Below are positions 35,544 through 44,313 of a stretch of 64,000 nucleotides of DNA, in pieces. The stretch's first letter is position 1. Every line of letters begins with the position of its first letter. This DNA is from Escherichia phage KKP 3954: sequence record OR067838.1. The stretch is one strand, 5' to 3'. The notes beneath the pieces are model-generated. The model did not search any database. It saw only the letters and a list, made by a program, of their open reading frames with translations, and was not told where the DNA came from. A program made the translations under genes and the position numbers.

Positions 35544-36235
35544 TGACGACAATTATTGCAACCAAAAATAAGATTTTGAGTGACGGTAAGGTAACTTTTG
35601 GTGGACGTGTAGATTCTATTAATTTCAAAAAGGTCCGAAAAATTGGAGATTACCTTGTAGGTGGTGCTGGTCGTCTGACCTCCGTGCTTTCTTTCTTTCA
35701 ATGGTTTGAACAAAATCTACAGTGCGAAGCAGCACGTGATGCTGTCCCTGGTTTGATGATTCACTCTGATCCAGATAAAGAAGATGAAGAGTTTATTGCA
35801 CTTGTTGTTCATCCTGACGGACGTATTTTCCTGCACGAAGGTAACAACCCAACACGTGCATATCCGATTGATGAAGAATATTATGCGGTAGGAAGCGGGT
35901 CAGACTTTGCTTTAGCTGCTCTTGATGCAGGGGCAACACCAGAACAGGCTATGGAAGTAGCTAAAAAGCGAGATGCTTTTTCTGGTGGTGAAACATTTGT
36001 TGAAGAACAAGATGAGATTATTGAATTAACAGACGATGATTTAGAAAACTTCTCCAAAGAAGAATTGATCAATCTTTTGAAATTCGGTAATCCCTACGGT
36101 GAAGAAGAACCTCGTAACGTGGCAGGTAACGAGGCGGATACTGAAGAAAAATCTGTTGCAGAAAACAACTTGACTTCTAAATCTGAAAATATTAATCTCG
36201 TAAATGTGGCGGATTTCGAAGGAACCGCTATTTAA
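35543..36235 (+). CDS. HslV-like (proteasome beta-type, Ntn-hydrolase) peptidase
   Basis: 230 aa; GTG start giving M-TTIIA (N-terminal Thr nucleophile); GGAGRLTS and AVGSGSDFALAALDAG resemble HslV; acidic C-terminal extension. Confidence 0.6.
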   Translation: MTTIIATKNKILSDGKVTFGGRVDSINFKKVRKIGDYLVGGAGRLTSVLSFFQWFEQNLQCEAARDAVPGLMIHSDPDKEDEEFIALVVHPDGRIFLHEGNNPTRAYPIDEEYYAVGSGSDFALAALDAGATPEQAMEVAKKRDAFSGGETFVEEQDEIIELTDDDLENFSKEELINLLKFGNPYGEEEPRNVAGNEADTEEKSVAENNLTSKSENINLVNVADFEGTAI

Positions 36236-36241
36236 CAAACT

Positions 36242-36255
36242 GCCCCTTCGGGGGC
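36242..36255 (+). terminator. GCCCC-UUCG-GGGGC hairpin
   Basis: Stem-inverted variant of the recurrent UUCG hairpin, right after the HslV-like gene. Confidence 0.4.
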
Positions 36256-36280
36256 ATTTCTTAAACATAGGAGATTAATA

Positions 36281-36716
36281 ATGTTACAAGTTCCTGCTAA
36301 GTTTGTTGAAGGCGCTATCCACTCTTACCGTCAAACATGTAAGAGGGCAAGAAACTGTTTAGATGGTCTGGTGGCAAAAACCTATACTGTTGAAAAAGAA
36401 AAAACGTTGGTTTGGCAAAGATGTTTACGAAGTTAATATTTTTGGTGAACATAAACTAAACCACGATACTCCTGAAAACATGTTAGAAATATTTCTAAGA
36501 GATGACAAAATATCTCCTATGGATTACCAACTTTTAAAATTTTATGATTCTTCTTTGGCTATTGATAAGTTTGTTGAAGATATTCTGTCTAGAAAAACAG
36601 ATAAAAACACTTATCCTCTAGAGGCTGATCAAATAGGATTATTAAACGAGATTTCATCCTTTAAAGAGTTGGATAATATTACAAAAGAGGAGATTTTAGA
36701 TGGCATTAGATTATGA
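36281..36716 (+). CDS. hypothetical protein, frame-disrupted at a poly(A) run
   Basis: Strong RBS TAGGAGATTAATA-ATG at 36281 (frame open to about 36436); track ORF 36363..36716 in another frame; frames overlap across AAAAAGAAAAAA. Confidence 0.45.
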
Positions 36717-37209
36717 TCGCCCAACGAGCGATTATTATCCGACACCGCAAAAAGCAATCAACAGTTTGTTTAGTGTTATAGATTTCAAAAATCTAAAGGA
36801 AGAAGGTTGGGTTTTTGCAGAACCTTGTAGAGGTGAAGCTGAAGCGATTTATCGCCATTTTCCTGAAGGTTCAGAATATTGTGAACTTGAAGAAGGTAAA
36901 GATTATTTTAGTCATGAATGGGAAAATCGTCCCGACATTATAATCACAAATCCTCCATTCAAGTTAGCAATGGAGTTCTTGGAAAAGAGCTTAAAAGAGG
37001 CGGATGTTTGTATTTATCTTCTTCGGTTGGGCTTCTTGGAGTCAAAGAAACGACGAGAGTTCCATCAAAAGAATCCACCAACAAACCTTATAGTCCTTTC
37101 AGAACGGCCTTCGTTTGTTGCAGGTGGAACAGATAAGACAGCATACGCTTGGTATGTATACGACCCAAAGAATCGTTTGGGCCTCTCTCAACCATTTTAT
37201 TTTGTTTAA
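36700..37209 (+). CDS. DNA N6-adenine methyltransferase (small phage Dam-like)
   Basis: 169 aa; catalytic IIITNPPF (NPPF motif IV); AGAGGAG RBS. Confidence 0.55.
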   Translation: MALDYDRPTSDYYPTPQKAINSLFSVIDFKNLKEEGWVFAEPCRGEAEAIYRHFPEGSEYCELEEGKDYFSHEWENRPDIIITNPPFKLAMEFLEKSLKEADVCIYLLRLGFLESKKRREFHQKNPPTNLIVLSERPSFVAGGTDKTAYAWYVYDPKNRLGLSQPFYFV

Positions 37210-37221
37210 GGAGTGTGAACT

Positions 37222-37458
37222 ATGGGTAAACTAATTATGACAGTGGCTATTGATTTTGATGAAGTAGATGAAAGCCTCAACCTTTCACTTTCTACTGATG
37301 TAGAGGGTGAAATGGATAATATTGAAGCAGCTACTGCTCTTTTCTTCAAAAAGGCCATTGAAGTTTATGCCGAACATGCTGCAAATCAGGCAGTAGATTA
37401 CGGTGGTATCGTGCGAGCTTTGGTTCACTCTACCGAGGACAATGACTGGGAAGACTAA
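37222..37458 (+). CDS. hypothetical acidic protein
   Basis: 78 aa. Confidence 0.5.
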   Translation: MGKLIMTVAIDFDEVDESLNLSLSTDVEGEMDNIEAATALFFKKAIEVYAEHAANQAVDYGGIVRALVHSTEDNDWED

Positions 37459-37661
37459 TGGCTTACAATTATTACTGCATTTATGCACATGAAAAGAAGA
37501 AAGGTGACACTGGGACTAACGTTTATGCGGAGTCTGAATCTCATGCAAAAGAGATTGGTGCTATCCTTTTATCACGCTGGACTGGAAATAATTACAGTGC
37601 AGAAGATATGTTTGCAGAAGTGGATTCTAGTATCCAAGAAGGCAACATAACAACTACGTGA
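37458..37661 (+). CDS. hypothetical protein
   Basis: 67 aa; ATGA overlap. Confidence 0.45.
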   Translation: MAYNYYCIYAHEKKKGDTGTNVYAESESHAKEIGAILLSRWTGNNYSAEDMFAEVDSSIQEGNITTT

Positions 37662-37707
37662 TATACTTATACTCCCTTCTCGGAGGGAGTATTTTTAAGG
37701 AGGGATT

Positions 37708-37902
37708 ATGCAGAGCGGAGAAGAACTTTTAGAGAAACAATTCTCAACGCGTCAACAAGCTTTAAGTTATATGGTTTTTCTAAGCAATCTTGATGTGAAT
37801 GAGATACTTTTACGGCGCGAAGGTAATTTCTGGAGCGTTAAATACCATGCAACAAGATCTGTAATCTACCTAGAAGAGGCGGAATTCTCTTTGGTAGAAT
37901 GA
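37708..37902 (+). CDS. hypothetical protein
   Basis: 64 aa; AGGAGGG RBS; preceded by hairpin plus T-run. Confidence 0.45.
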   Translation: MQSGEELLEKQFSTRQQALSYMVFLSNLDVNEILLRREGNFWSVKYHATRSVIYLEEAEFSLVE

Positions 37903-37916
37903 TCCGAGGAGTAGTT

Positions 37917-38489
37917 ATGCGTTCAACTTTCACTGGCAAAATAAACGCTGGTTTAATTTTTACCGCAGTAAGCATTCTTAGCAAAAAGTTTAAAGTTGTT
38001 AACTTACCTGTGTGTGTCGATTTCGATCATGTCTTTGATCCTTCGAACCCCACTCGTTGCATAGTAAGGAGTAATGTTGAAAACCCAACAGAAAATCTTT
38101 TTTATGTAACAAAACCATCTCAAAGCATACTTAACCAGGTTGAGGCGAAATTGATACCTAACGGTAAATATTACTCCTTTTTACCTTGCAAGTCGGTTGA
38201 AGTAGAGAATAGCAATACTTTCGCTAACAACTTGTCTGTATTCGTTTTCTTTGTTTCGCACGAAGATGAAACAGATGAAATGGTAGCAACAGTGAGATCA
38301 CTTTATGACTCTTTAGGGGTTGTTTATAGACAACAAGTGTGCGAAAATAATAAAGCTTGTGTAGATTTCATTATCAACGGTATTTGTGTTTGTAGAGTAG
38401 AATCTTTTTGGCTGCACGATACATATGTGACTGTAGCAGAGGTTATATCTGAACCAAAATTTAGTCATGCGGTTTCGTTAATAATTTGA
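37917..38489 (+). CDS. hypothetical protein
   Basis: Track ORF 37899..38489; GAGGAG RBS supports start MRSTFTGK. Confidence 0.5.
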   Translation: MRSTFTGKINAGLIFTAVSILSKKFKVVNLPVCVDFDHVFDPSNPTRCIVRSNVENPTENLFYVTKPSQSILNQVEAKLIPNGKYYSFLPCKSVEVENSNTFANNLSVFVFFVSHEDETDEMVATVRSLYDSLGVVYRQQVCENNKACVDFIINGICVCRVESFWLHDTYVTVAEVISEPKFSHAVSLII

Positions 38490-38499
38490 GGAGGAAGGA

Positions 38500-38829
38500 A
38501 TGGAAATTACTACAGAACAAGCCCTTATCGACGAGGGTCGTAAAATCTTAGAAAAGCATTTAGGGGAGATTCATAAAACTCCTGGCTATTTGGGTTGGAG
38601 AATTGTTGAAGCTGTAGATTTCCTTCCTCGTAACAGTAAAAGCGTCGAAATGCGATCTCTTTTCTTATTAGTAAAGGTGGATGGGGATACACCTTTTAAA
38701 GATGCCGCAGAGCATATTGAAAAAGTTGAAGAGAAAGCTTATGCAGAATTTGCCGATCTTGTTTTAGAACAAAAGATTGAAGGAAAGGTGAATATTTTTA
38801 TTTTCTTAGATTTTGAGGAGGATAAGTGA
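38500..38829 (+). CDS. hypothetical protein
   Basis: 109 aa; GGAGGAAGG RBS. Confidence 0.55.
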   Translation: MEITTEQALIDEGRKILEKHLGEIHKTPGYLGWRIVEAVDFLPRNSKSVEMRSLFLLVKVDGDTPFKDAAEHIEKVEEKAYAEFADLVLEQKIEGKVNIFIFLDFEEDK

Positions 38830-39569
38830 TCATACATAGAGAAATTACTGTTAAAAGCGATCAAGATCTTTTTATAATTGGAGATCTACACGGTTGTTAT
38901 AATTTGTATGAAAAAGGAAAGGCAAAGTTAGGTATCCGAGATACAGATGTAGTTGTATCTTTAGGAGATCTTACTGACCGTGGAAAGCAAAACTTTCGTT
39001 GTGTTTTAGAATTTACTCGTAAACACAATCGCTACGCTATTCGTGGAAATCATGAAGACATGATGATTAAAGGTATGCTGGAAGGAGATCGTAGCTACTT
39101 CGAGTGTTGGTATCAAAATGGAGGATATACAGTCCTTGAAGAATGTGGTGAAGAAGGAGCTACAGCCTTAGCAATGATGACAGAAGATTTACCTGTTGTT
39201 CTCATTGTTAACTACAGAGGCATGAAACTTGCGTTTATTCATGGTGGGTATCCATCTTCTTTGGAATATCTCCCTGTAACAGATATTCCAGAATACACTT
39301 TGAAGATGACAAAAACACAGGAAAACCGTTTTGCTGAAGCACTTATGTGGGACAGAGATATGGTGGACTGTGCTAAAGAGGGAATGAAACTTCCTGTTGT
39401 GATGGGTGTGGACTATGTGTTTCATGGACACTCTTATGTAAAAACACCTATTATCAATGCGAATCGTGTTTATATGGATACTGGATCTGTGTTCAATAAT
39501 AACTTAACATTTGCTTATTTCGATATGGACGGTGGTCTTCAATTTTATTCAACTCTTGAGGAGGATTAA
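38826..39569 (+). CDS. Ser/Thr protein phosphatase (PPP family, lambda-phosphatase-like)
   Basis: 247 aa; GTG start; motifs GDLHG, GDLTDRG, RGNHE. Confidence 0.75.
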   Translation: MIIHREITVKSDQDLFIIGDLHGCYNLYEKGKAKLGIRDTDVVVSLGDLTDRGKQNFRCVLEFTRKHNRYAIRGNHEDMMIKGMLEGDRSYFECWYQNGGYTVLEECGEEGATALAMMTEDLPVVLIVNYRGMKLAFIHGGYPSSLEYLPVTDIPEYTLKMTKTQENRFAEALMWDRDMVDCAKEGMKLPVVMGVDYVFHGHSYVKTPIINANRVYMDTGSVFNNNLTFAYFDMDGGLQFYSTLEED

Positions 39570-39877
39570 TGTATAAGATTACAATTATTCAAAGTGTAGG
39601 TAATATCCGTAAAGAAGTTATCTTAGAAACAGAAGATGTTAATCTTGTTCGTGAGATTGTTTTTAAGGAAGATAACCTGCAAGCTGTAGAATCGGATGCA
39701 CCGAATCTTATGGTGGATCAAGAATATTCTGAACTTCGTCGTATTTTTGAAGAGATTCAGAAGAAAGAAACACAACCTACCATAAAACCTTTTGGTCCTT
39801 ATGATCCGAGCAATCCTAGCAGTCCTTGGATCATGAGAAATACAGAACCATATACACCTTTTGAAATTACTTGCTGA
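39569..39877 (+). CDS. hypothetical protein
   Basis: 102 aa; ATGA-type overlap. Confidence 0.5.
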   Translation: MYKITIIQSVGNIRKEVILETEDVNLVREIVFKEDNLQAVESDAPNLMVDQEYSELRRIFEEIQKKETQPTIKPFGPYDPSNPSSPWIMRNTEPYTPFEITC

Positions 39878-39884
39878 GGTGTTT

Positions 39885-40466
39885 ATGGCAGAATTGTTTT
39901 ATACGGGAGTTGGAAGTAGAGACATCTCCGAAGAAGAGTGGGCTTTGATGGTAGGCATAGGGAAATGGCTTTCCAACCTTGGGTTTAAATTAAGGTCTGG
40001 GAAGGCAGAGGGTAGTGATTCTGCTTTTGAAACAGGTGTCCAAGAGTCTGAAAATCCTACTAACAAGGAGATTTATGTTCCTTGGGAAAATTTCAAAGGT
40101 AATCAGATTCCAGGTGATGTTATTGTTCTTGCAAAACCAGATACAATGAACTATGCTATCTCTGTGCAATGGATCAAAGATGTTCACCCAGCTTATGAAA
40201 AGCTTAAGCAGGGTGCTAGAAAATTGCACCAACGTAATGTGCATCAGGTGTTAGGTAAAGATTTGGAGAATCCTGCTCCATCATGTTTCTTGTTGGCTTG
40301 TGCCGATACTGATAAACACGGAGATGCAAAAGGCGGAACAGCTACGGCTTGGAAGATAGCTAAAGCAAATAATGTTCCTTGTTTAAACATTCGTGGGAGA
40401 ACAAAACAAGAGATTTATGATTTTCTACGACCTTTGGTAATGAGGGCAATAACAAGTGATTCCTAA
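39885..40466 (+). CDS. DprA/SLOG-like Rossmann-fold protein
   Basis: Track ORF 39861..40466; GAGGTG RBS supports start MAELFYTG; YTGVGSRD then LRSGKAEGSDSAFETG resembles DprA/Smf. Confidence 0.4.
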   Translation: MAELFYTGVGSRDISEEEWALMVGIGKWLSNLGFKLRSGKAEGSDSAFETGVQESENPTNKEIYVPWENFKGNQIPGDVIVLAKPDTMNYAISVQWIKDVHPAYEKLKQGARKLHQRNVHQVLGKDLENPAPSCFLLACADTDKHGDAKGGTATAWKIAKANNVPCLNIRGRTKQEIYDFLRPLVMRAITSDS

Positions 40467-40968
40467 ACGTAAACGTGGTGAACAAAGAACAAACTTGGCA
40501 GAAATCTTAGATTACAACATGGTTAATGATGTGACAAAAGAAATTCTCCCTGTTGTAGAAGATATTCTTCGTAGAGGGTTACGATTCTGCTCGGATCGGG
40601 TGCATTTCATGTGGACACATAAAAGTGATTCCGCTTTGAATTTCTATCCTTTAGACTACACTCTGAACAATGCAGAGATGAAAGATATTAACAAATATTT
40701 AATGGGGTATAAAGATATAACCGAAACTGTTCTTGGAGAATTGGCAGAAATCTTGGCTAACGATATCCTTAGAAATATTAATAAGGCTCTTGACAGAAGC
40801 CCAGAAGGAGTAGTAGTATCTTTTGCTGTGCCAGATATGGTTAAATATGAGTCTACAATACCTAATAAAGCTTATGCCTTTCTTCGGAGAGACGTTCGTG
40901 GAAATGTGTTGGAGATGGAGTCAAACTACAAGATTGAGGAGGTTTTATGGCAGAGTTCGGATCAGTAA
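40456..40968 (+). CDS. hypothetical protein
   Basis: 170 aa. Confidence 0.5.
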   Translation: MIPKRKRGEQRTNLAEILDYNMVNDVTKEILPVVEDILRRGLRFCSDRVHFMWTHKSDSALNFYPLDYTLNNAEMKDINKYLMGYKDITETVLGELAEILANDILRNINKALDRSPEGVVVSFAVPDMVKYESTIPNKAYAFLRRDVRGNVLEMESNYKIEEVLWQSSDQ

Positions 40969-41237
40969 CAAGTTTTGAAAGTAACTTCGTTACAGCTTGG
41001 GAAGCTTGGGATGAAATGGGTGTTGGGGAACTTTATTTTTACAATGTAACATTACGTCCAGAGTATGCTTACCTGGTACCAGAAGGAACAGTTCAAATTG
41101 GCATGTATTTGTCTTCTCAAGACGGTGTTGTTCAATTTGAGTTTTATTCGAACACAACGGACAACGAATTTACATATCGTGCATTTCATGTCACCATGTC
41201 TTTAGGAGAGGAGAAATTTTATGACGACCAAGTTTAA
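40947..41237 (+). CDS. hypothetical protein
   Basis: 96 aa. Confidence 0.45.
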   Translation: MAEFGSVTSFESNFVTAWEAWDEMGVGELYFYNVTLRPEYAYLVPEGTVQIGMYLSSQDGVVQFEFYSNTTDNEFTYRAFHVTMSLGEEKFYDDQV

Positions 41238-41418
41238 AACAGTAGAAGAAGCCGTAAAAGCAGCTTATGAGGCTTTAGCGGAAGCAGAGCAGTTAGCAGA
41301 TGAGACTGGTAAAGGTTTCCGTTTCTCCCCTGAATATGGGATGGGTGGCTATTATGATCCAGAAGATGAAAATGAGAATACTGGAACAAATTGGCATCCA
41401 TCTTCTTTAAGTTGTTAA
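41221..41418 (+). CDS. small protein, C-terminal W-x-SS-x-C family member 1
   Basis: 65 aa ending NWHPSSLSC. Confidence 0.5.
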   Translation: MTTKFKTVEEAVKAAYEALAEAEQLADETGKGFRFSPEYGMGGYYDPEDENENTGTNWHPSSLSC

Positions 41419-41429
41419 TAGGAGGTAAA

Positions 41430-41705
41430 GTGGGAATCGAAGATATCAAAGGTTATAAGGCGCATACTGACGATAAGATTGGCAAGGTTAACGCTATTAA
41501 AGATGCAGAAGAGCGTTTAGGTTTAATCTTCAAAGCTTTAGAGGAAGAGTATTGTGAAGCATATCATGGGTCTTTTGACGGCACAGAAAAAGAATTAGAT
41601 CTTGCATACGAACGTATTGATCAAATCCGTTGTGCTATTAAACATTTAAAAGAAGCTAGTATGTGGGCTTGTCGTTCAGTTTTCCAACCAGAGGAGAAAT
41701 ACTAA
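41430..41705 (+). CDS. hypothetical protein
   Basis: Track ORF 41391..41705; TAGGAGG RBS supports GTG start at 41430. Confidence 0.45.
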   Translation: MGIEDIKGYKAHTDDKIGKVNAIKDAEERLGLIFKALEEEYCEAYHGSFDGTEKELDLAYERIDQIRCAIKHLKEASMWACRSVFQPEEKY

Positions 41706-41923
41706 TGAGTGATCGTAATGTTGAAGAATTAACTGAAAAAGCCCAAGCTATTATGGCTTTAGTGGACGAACTTACAAAAGAAGCTGAAGATGCTGGTTTT
41801 GGTCTTAGTTTAGAAAATGACGCAATCTGTTTTGAAGATTGGCAATCCTCTTCTTGTTATGGTGAAGGTGATGATGGTTTCGTCGTTAATTCTCAAGGCG
41901 TTTGGCACAGTAGTAGCTGTTAA
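41705..41923 (+). CDS. small protein, C-terminal W-x-SS-x-C family member 2
   Basis: Track ORF 41663..41923; GAGGAG RBS supports start MSDRNVEEL; ends GVWHSSSC. Confidence 0.5.
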   Translation: MSDRNVEELTEKAQAIMALVDELTKEAEDAGFGLSLENDAICFEDWQSSSCYGEGDDGFVVNSQGVWHSSSC

Positions 41924-41932
41924 GGAGAGATT

Positions 41933-42205
41933 GTGGAGTCTGAAGGCGAACTGCTGATAAAAAAGAAAGTTAAAGAGATGGAACAAGCACAAAGAAAGTT
42001 TCGTAAGGAGATTGAAGAACTTTGTGAACAGTTTCAGGAACAAGCTTGGATAGGTGACTACGGTAACGGAGAAACTTATTACCCTACAGGAACGCCAGCC
42101 GCAGATCACTATATTGATTTCATTTGTGAAGATTATGGTGTAGAGTTGGATGAAAATGGTTTAACCACAAGAGGTGTTTGGATCTCTTCTTCCTCAATGT
42201 GTTAG
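41933..42205 (+). CDS. small protein, C-terminal W-x-SS-x-C family member 3
   Basis: 90 aa; GTG start after AAGGAG; ends GVWISSSSMC. Confidence 0.5.
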   Translation: MESEGELLIKKKVKEMEQAQRKFRKEIEELCEQFQEQAWIGDYGNGETYYPTGTPAADHYIDFICEDYGVELDENGLTTRGVWISSSSMC

Positions 42206-42215
42206 TAAATAATAA

Positions 42216-42239
42216 CCCGCTTCGGCGGGTTTTTTTATT
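42216..42239 (+). terminator. rho-independent terminator
   Basis: CCCGC-UUCG-GCGGG hairpin followed by TTTTTTTATT. Confidence 0.65.
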
Positions 42240-42266
42240 GACAGGAATCTGGAAGCTTGATAAACT
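42238..42266 (+). promoter_or_regulatory. sigma70-consensus promoter
   Basis: TTGACA-N17-TAAACT. Confidence 0.5.
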
Positions 42267-42296
42267 TAACCTATCAACCAATAGAGGAGAAATATT

Positions 42297-43240
42297 ATGG
42301 TGTTAATTGGTAGCCGTGCATTGCAAATTCATGCTATGGACATGGGAAAAGACTTGTATCGCCCTTGTGTAGATTTAGATTACCTGTGTATACAGAACAA
42401 GAGTGGGAAGAATTATCAAAAATGTTCTCTCAAGAGGAGTTTGTTGAACTTGTAGAACGTAAAGGAAACAAAGGCCATGTCAAAATGATAGCTGGTGCAC
42501 ATTTGGAATACGATATTGCTTCTCAAGGAGATAGCACAGAAGCTTTGATTAGTTATTGTGAAGATTCTGATGATGTTCGTCGAACTTACGCTGGACATGT
42601 TGTTGCTCCTTTAGATGTGCTCTACCTTCTTAAAATGAGTCATCGTTTTAAAAAGGATAGTCCTCACTTCTTTAAAACTATGAAAGATATTCATTTCATG
42701 CGATCACTAGGTGCAAAGATCCCAGAAAATCTTAAGAGTATTTATGAGTTGCGTGAGAAAGAAACATACACTTACTCTCATCCAAACTTAAACGTGAGAA
42801 GTAAAGACTTCTTTAAAGGTGATGAGGTTCCGTATGTTTATGATCATGACTCTATTCATGAAGCAATCGCAGTAATGGATGCTCCAGCATATAAATCTTA
42901 TATGAAAGATGGAAGTGAAGTTATGACCAGCAAAGAAAAGTTTTTTGCTCAACCAAAACATGTGCGCCTGTTAGGTGTTTATGAAGAAGCGTGCGTTTTG
43001 GCTTTGGAACGTTCACAAATTCCTTTCGGTGAAGAGATCGGAGGTCCAACCCCTAAGCAAAGTTTTATGATGGCTTTATCTAAAGTTTGCACATCTATCA
43101 CTAGTGGTTGGTTTAGGGAATATGCTTGGGAGAACTTTTATATTGTTACTAAACTATATGAAAACATGGGTGAAAACGACTATGTTGAACGTTTTAAAGC
43201 TAATCAACATGTAGTTAAGCCTTTTGAAGGAGGTTATTAA
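42297..43240 (+). CDS. hypothetical protein, frame-disrupted near its 5' end
   Basis: Strong RBS AGAGGAGAAATATT-ATG at 42297 (frame 0, about 52 codons); main 291-aa ORF 42365..43240 in another frame, open from 42314. Confidence 0.45.
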
Positions 43241-43637
43241 TATGTGTGGATATCTTTCAGAAAGTTATTTCAAAGTGACGCATGAGGATTTAGAAAAAGC
43301 ACGATTGAAATTGACAGCTATTATTGAATACTCTAATACTGTTGATCACAGATTAAAGACTACTAAAGTATCTGTTCCTTGTTGGTTAGGTTTACGGCAT
43401 AAAACAATGTCTCAACATGATCATGTTGTTCGAGAGATGCATGGTTGGTGTTGGTTTCACGATGTGGCTTTGCATTTTGGTTATATTACAGAAGAAGAAC
43501 ATAGATTCTGTGAACTAACGTATCGTATTCCAACCCTTCACGATCTAGATTTGTGGAAGAAAGCAAACGAGATTTTTCTTACAGAAAGTGATTGGCGTAA
43601 AGTTATGGCTTGTCTTGAATGGAGGGGTAATGAGTAA
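43224..43637 (+). CDS. hypothetical protein
   Basis: 137 aa; GGAGG RBS. Confidence 0.5.
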   Translation: MKEVINMCGYLSESYFKVTHEDLEKARLKLTAIIEYSNTVDHRLKTTKVSVPCWLGLRHKTMSQHDHVVREMHGWCWFHDVALHFGYITEEEHRFCELTYRIPTLHDLDLWKKANEIFLTESDWRKVMACLEWRGNE

Positions 43638-44313
43638 AACAGTTTTGTCTATGTTTGACGGATCTGGGATCATGGTGTTACGTTATGCCGAAGCAGGTCA
43701 CAAGTGTTTTTGTGTAAACGCTGATGAAGGGGACCACGGTAAATACGAGGTTAGGATGGAGCACCCAAACATAACCTATGTGAATGCTTGGATAGATTCT
43801 ACATTCAACCCTGAAGATCATGGAATACCTAAACCCGATATTATTTTTGGATTTCCACCTTGCACTATGTTAGCAGGTAGTGGTAGCAAACACGAACGCA
43901 GCACAGAGGAATTAGATGAAGCTTTAGCTAATATTCGTGTAGTGGAAGCTTTGGGTAACAAATACAATGTTCCTTGGATGATTGAGAACCCAGTAGGTAA
44001 ACTTTCAACCTTATGGCGTAAACCCGATTTTTACTTTGATCCTTATGAGTATGGTGGGTATTTGTTTGAAGAGGAAGGAAGCTTTCATCCTAAAATGCCT
44101 ACCCGTGATGGGTATACAAAGAAAACTTGTATTTGGCACGGGAATGGTTTTGTTCAACCAGTGAAGAAACCAGTAGATCATATAGGCTGTTTCTGGGGTT
44201 GGAAAAGCTTAGGCGGAGCTAGTGCAAAAACAAAACAACTTAGATCACTAACCGCACGTGGTTTTGCTCGTGCAGTGTTTTTGTCTAACAATCTTCTAGA
44301 TAAGGAGAAATAA
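43630..44313 (+). CDS. DNA (cytosine-5)-methyltransferase-like protein
   Basis: Track ORF 43588..44313; GGAGGGG RBS supports start MSKTVL; motif I-like SMFDGSG, motif IV FGFPPC, motif VI ENP. Confidence 0.55.
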   Translation: MSKTVLSMFDGSGIMVLRYAEAGHKCFCVNADEGDHGKYEVRMEHPNITYVNAWIDSTFNPEDHGIPKPDIIFGFPPCTMLAGSGSKHERSTEELDEALANIRVVEALGNKYNVPWMIENPVGKLSTLWRKPDFYFDPYEYGGYLFEEEGSFHPKMPTRDGYTKKTCIWHGNGFVQPVKKPVDHIGCFWGWKSLGGASAKTKQLRSLTARGFARAVFLSNNLLDKEK

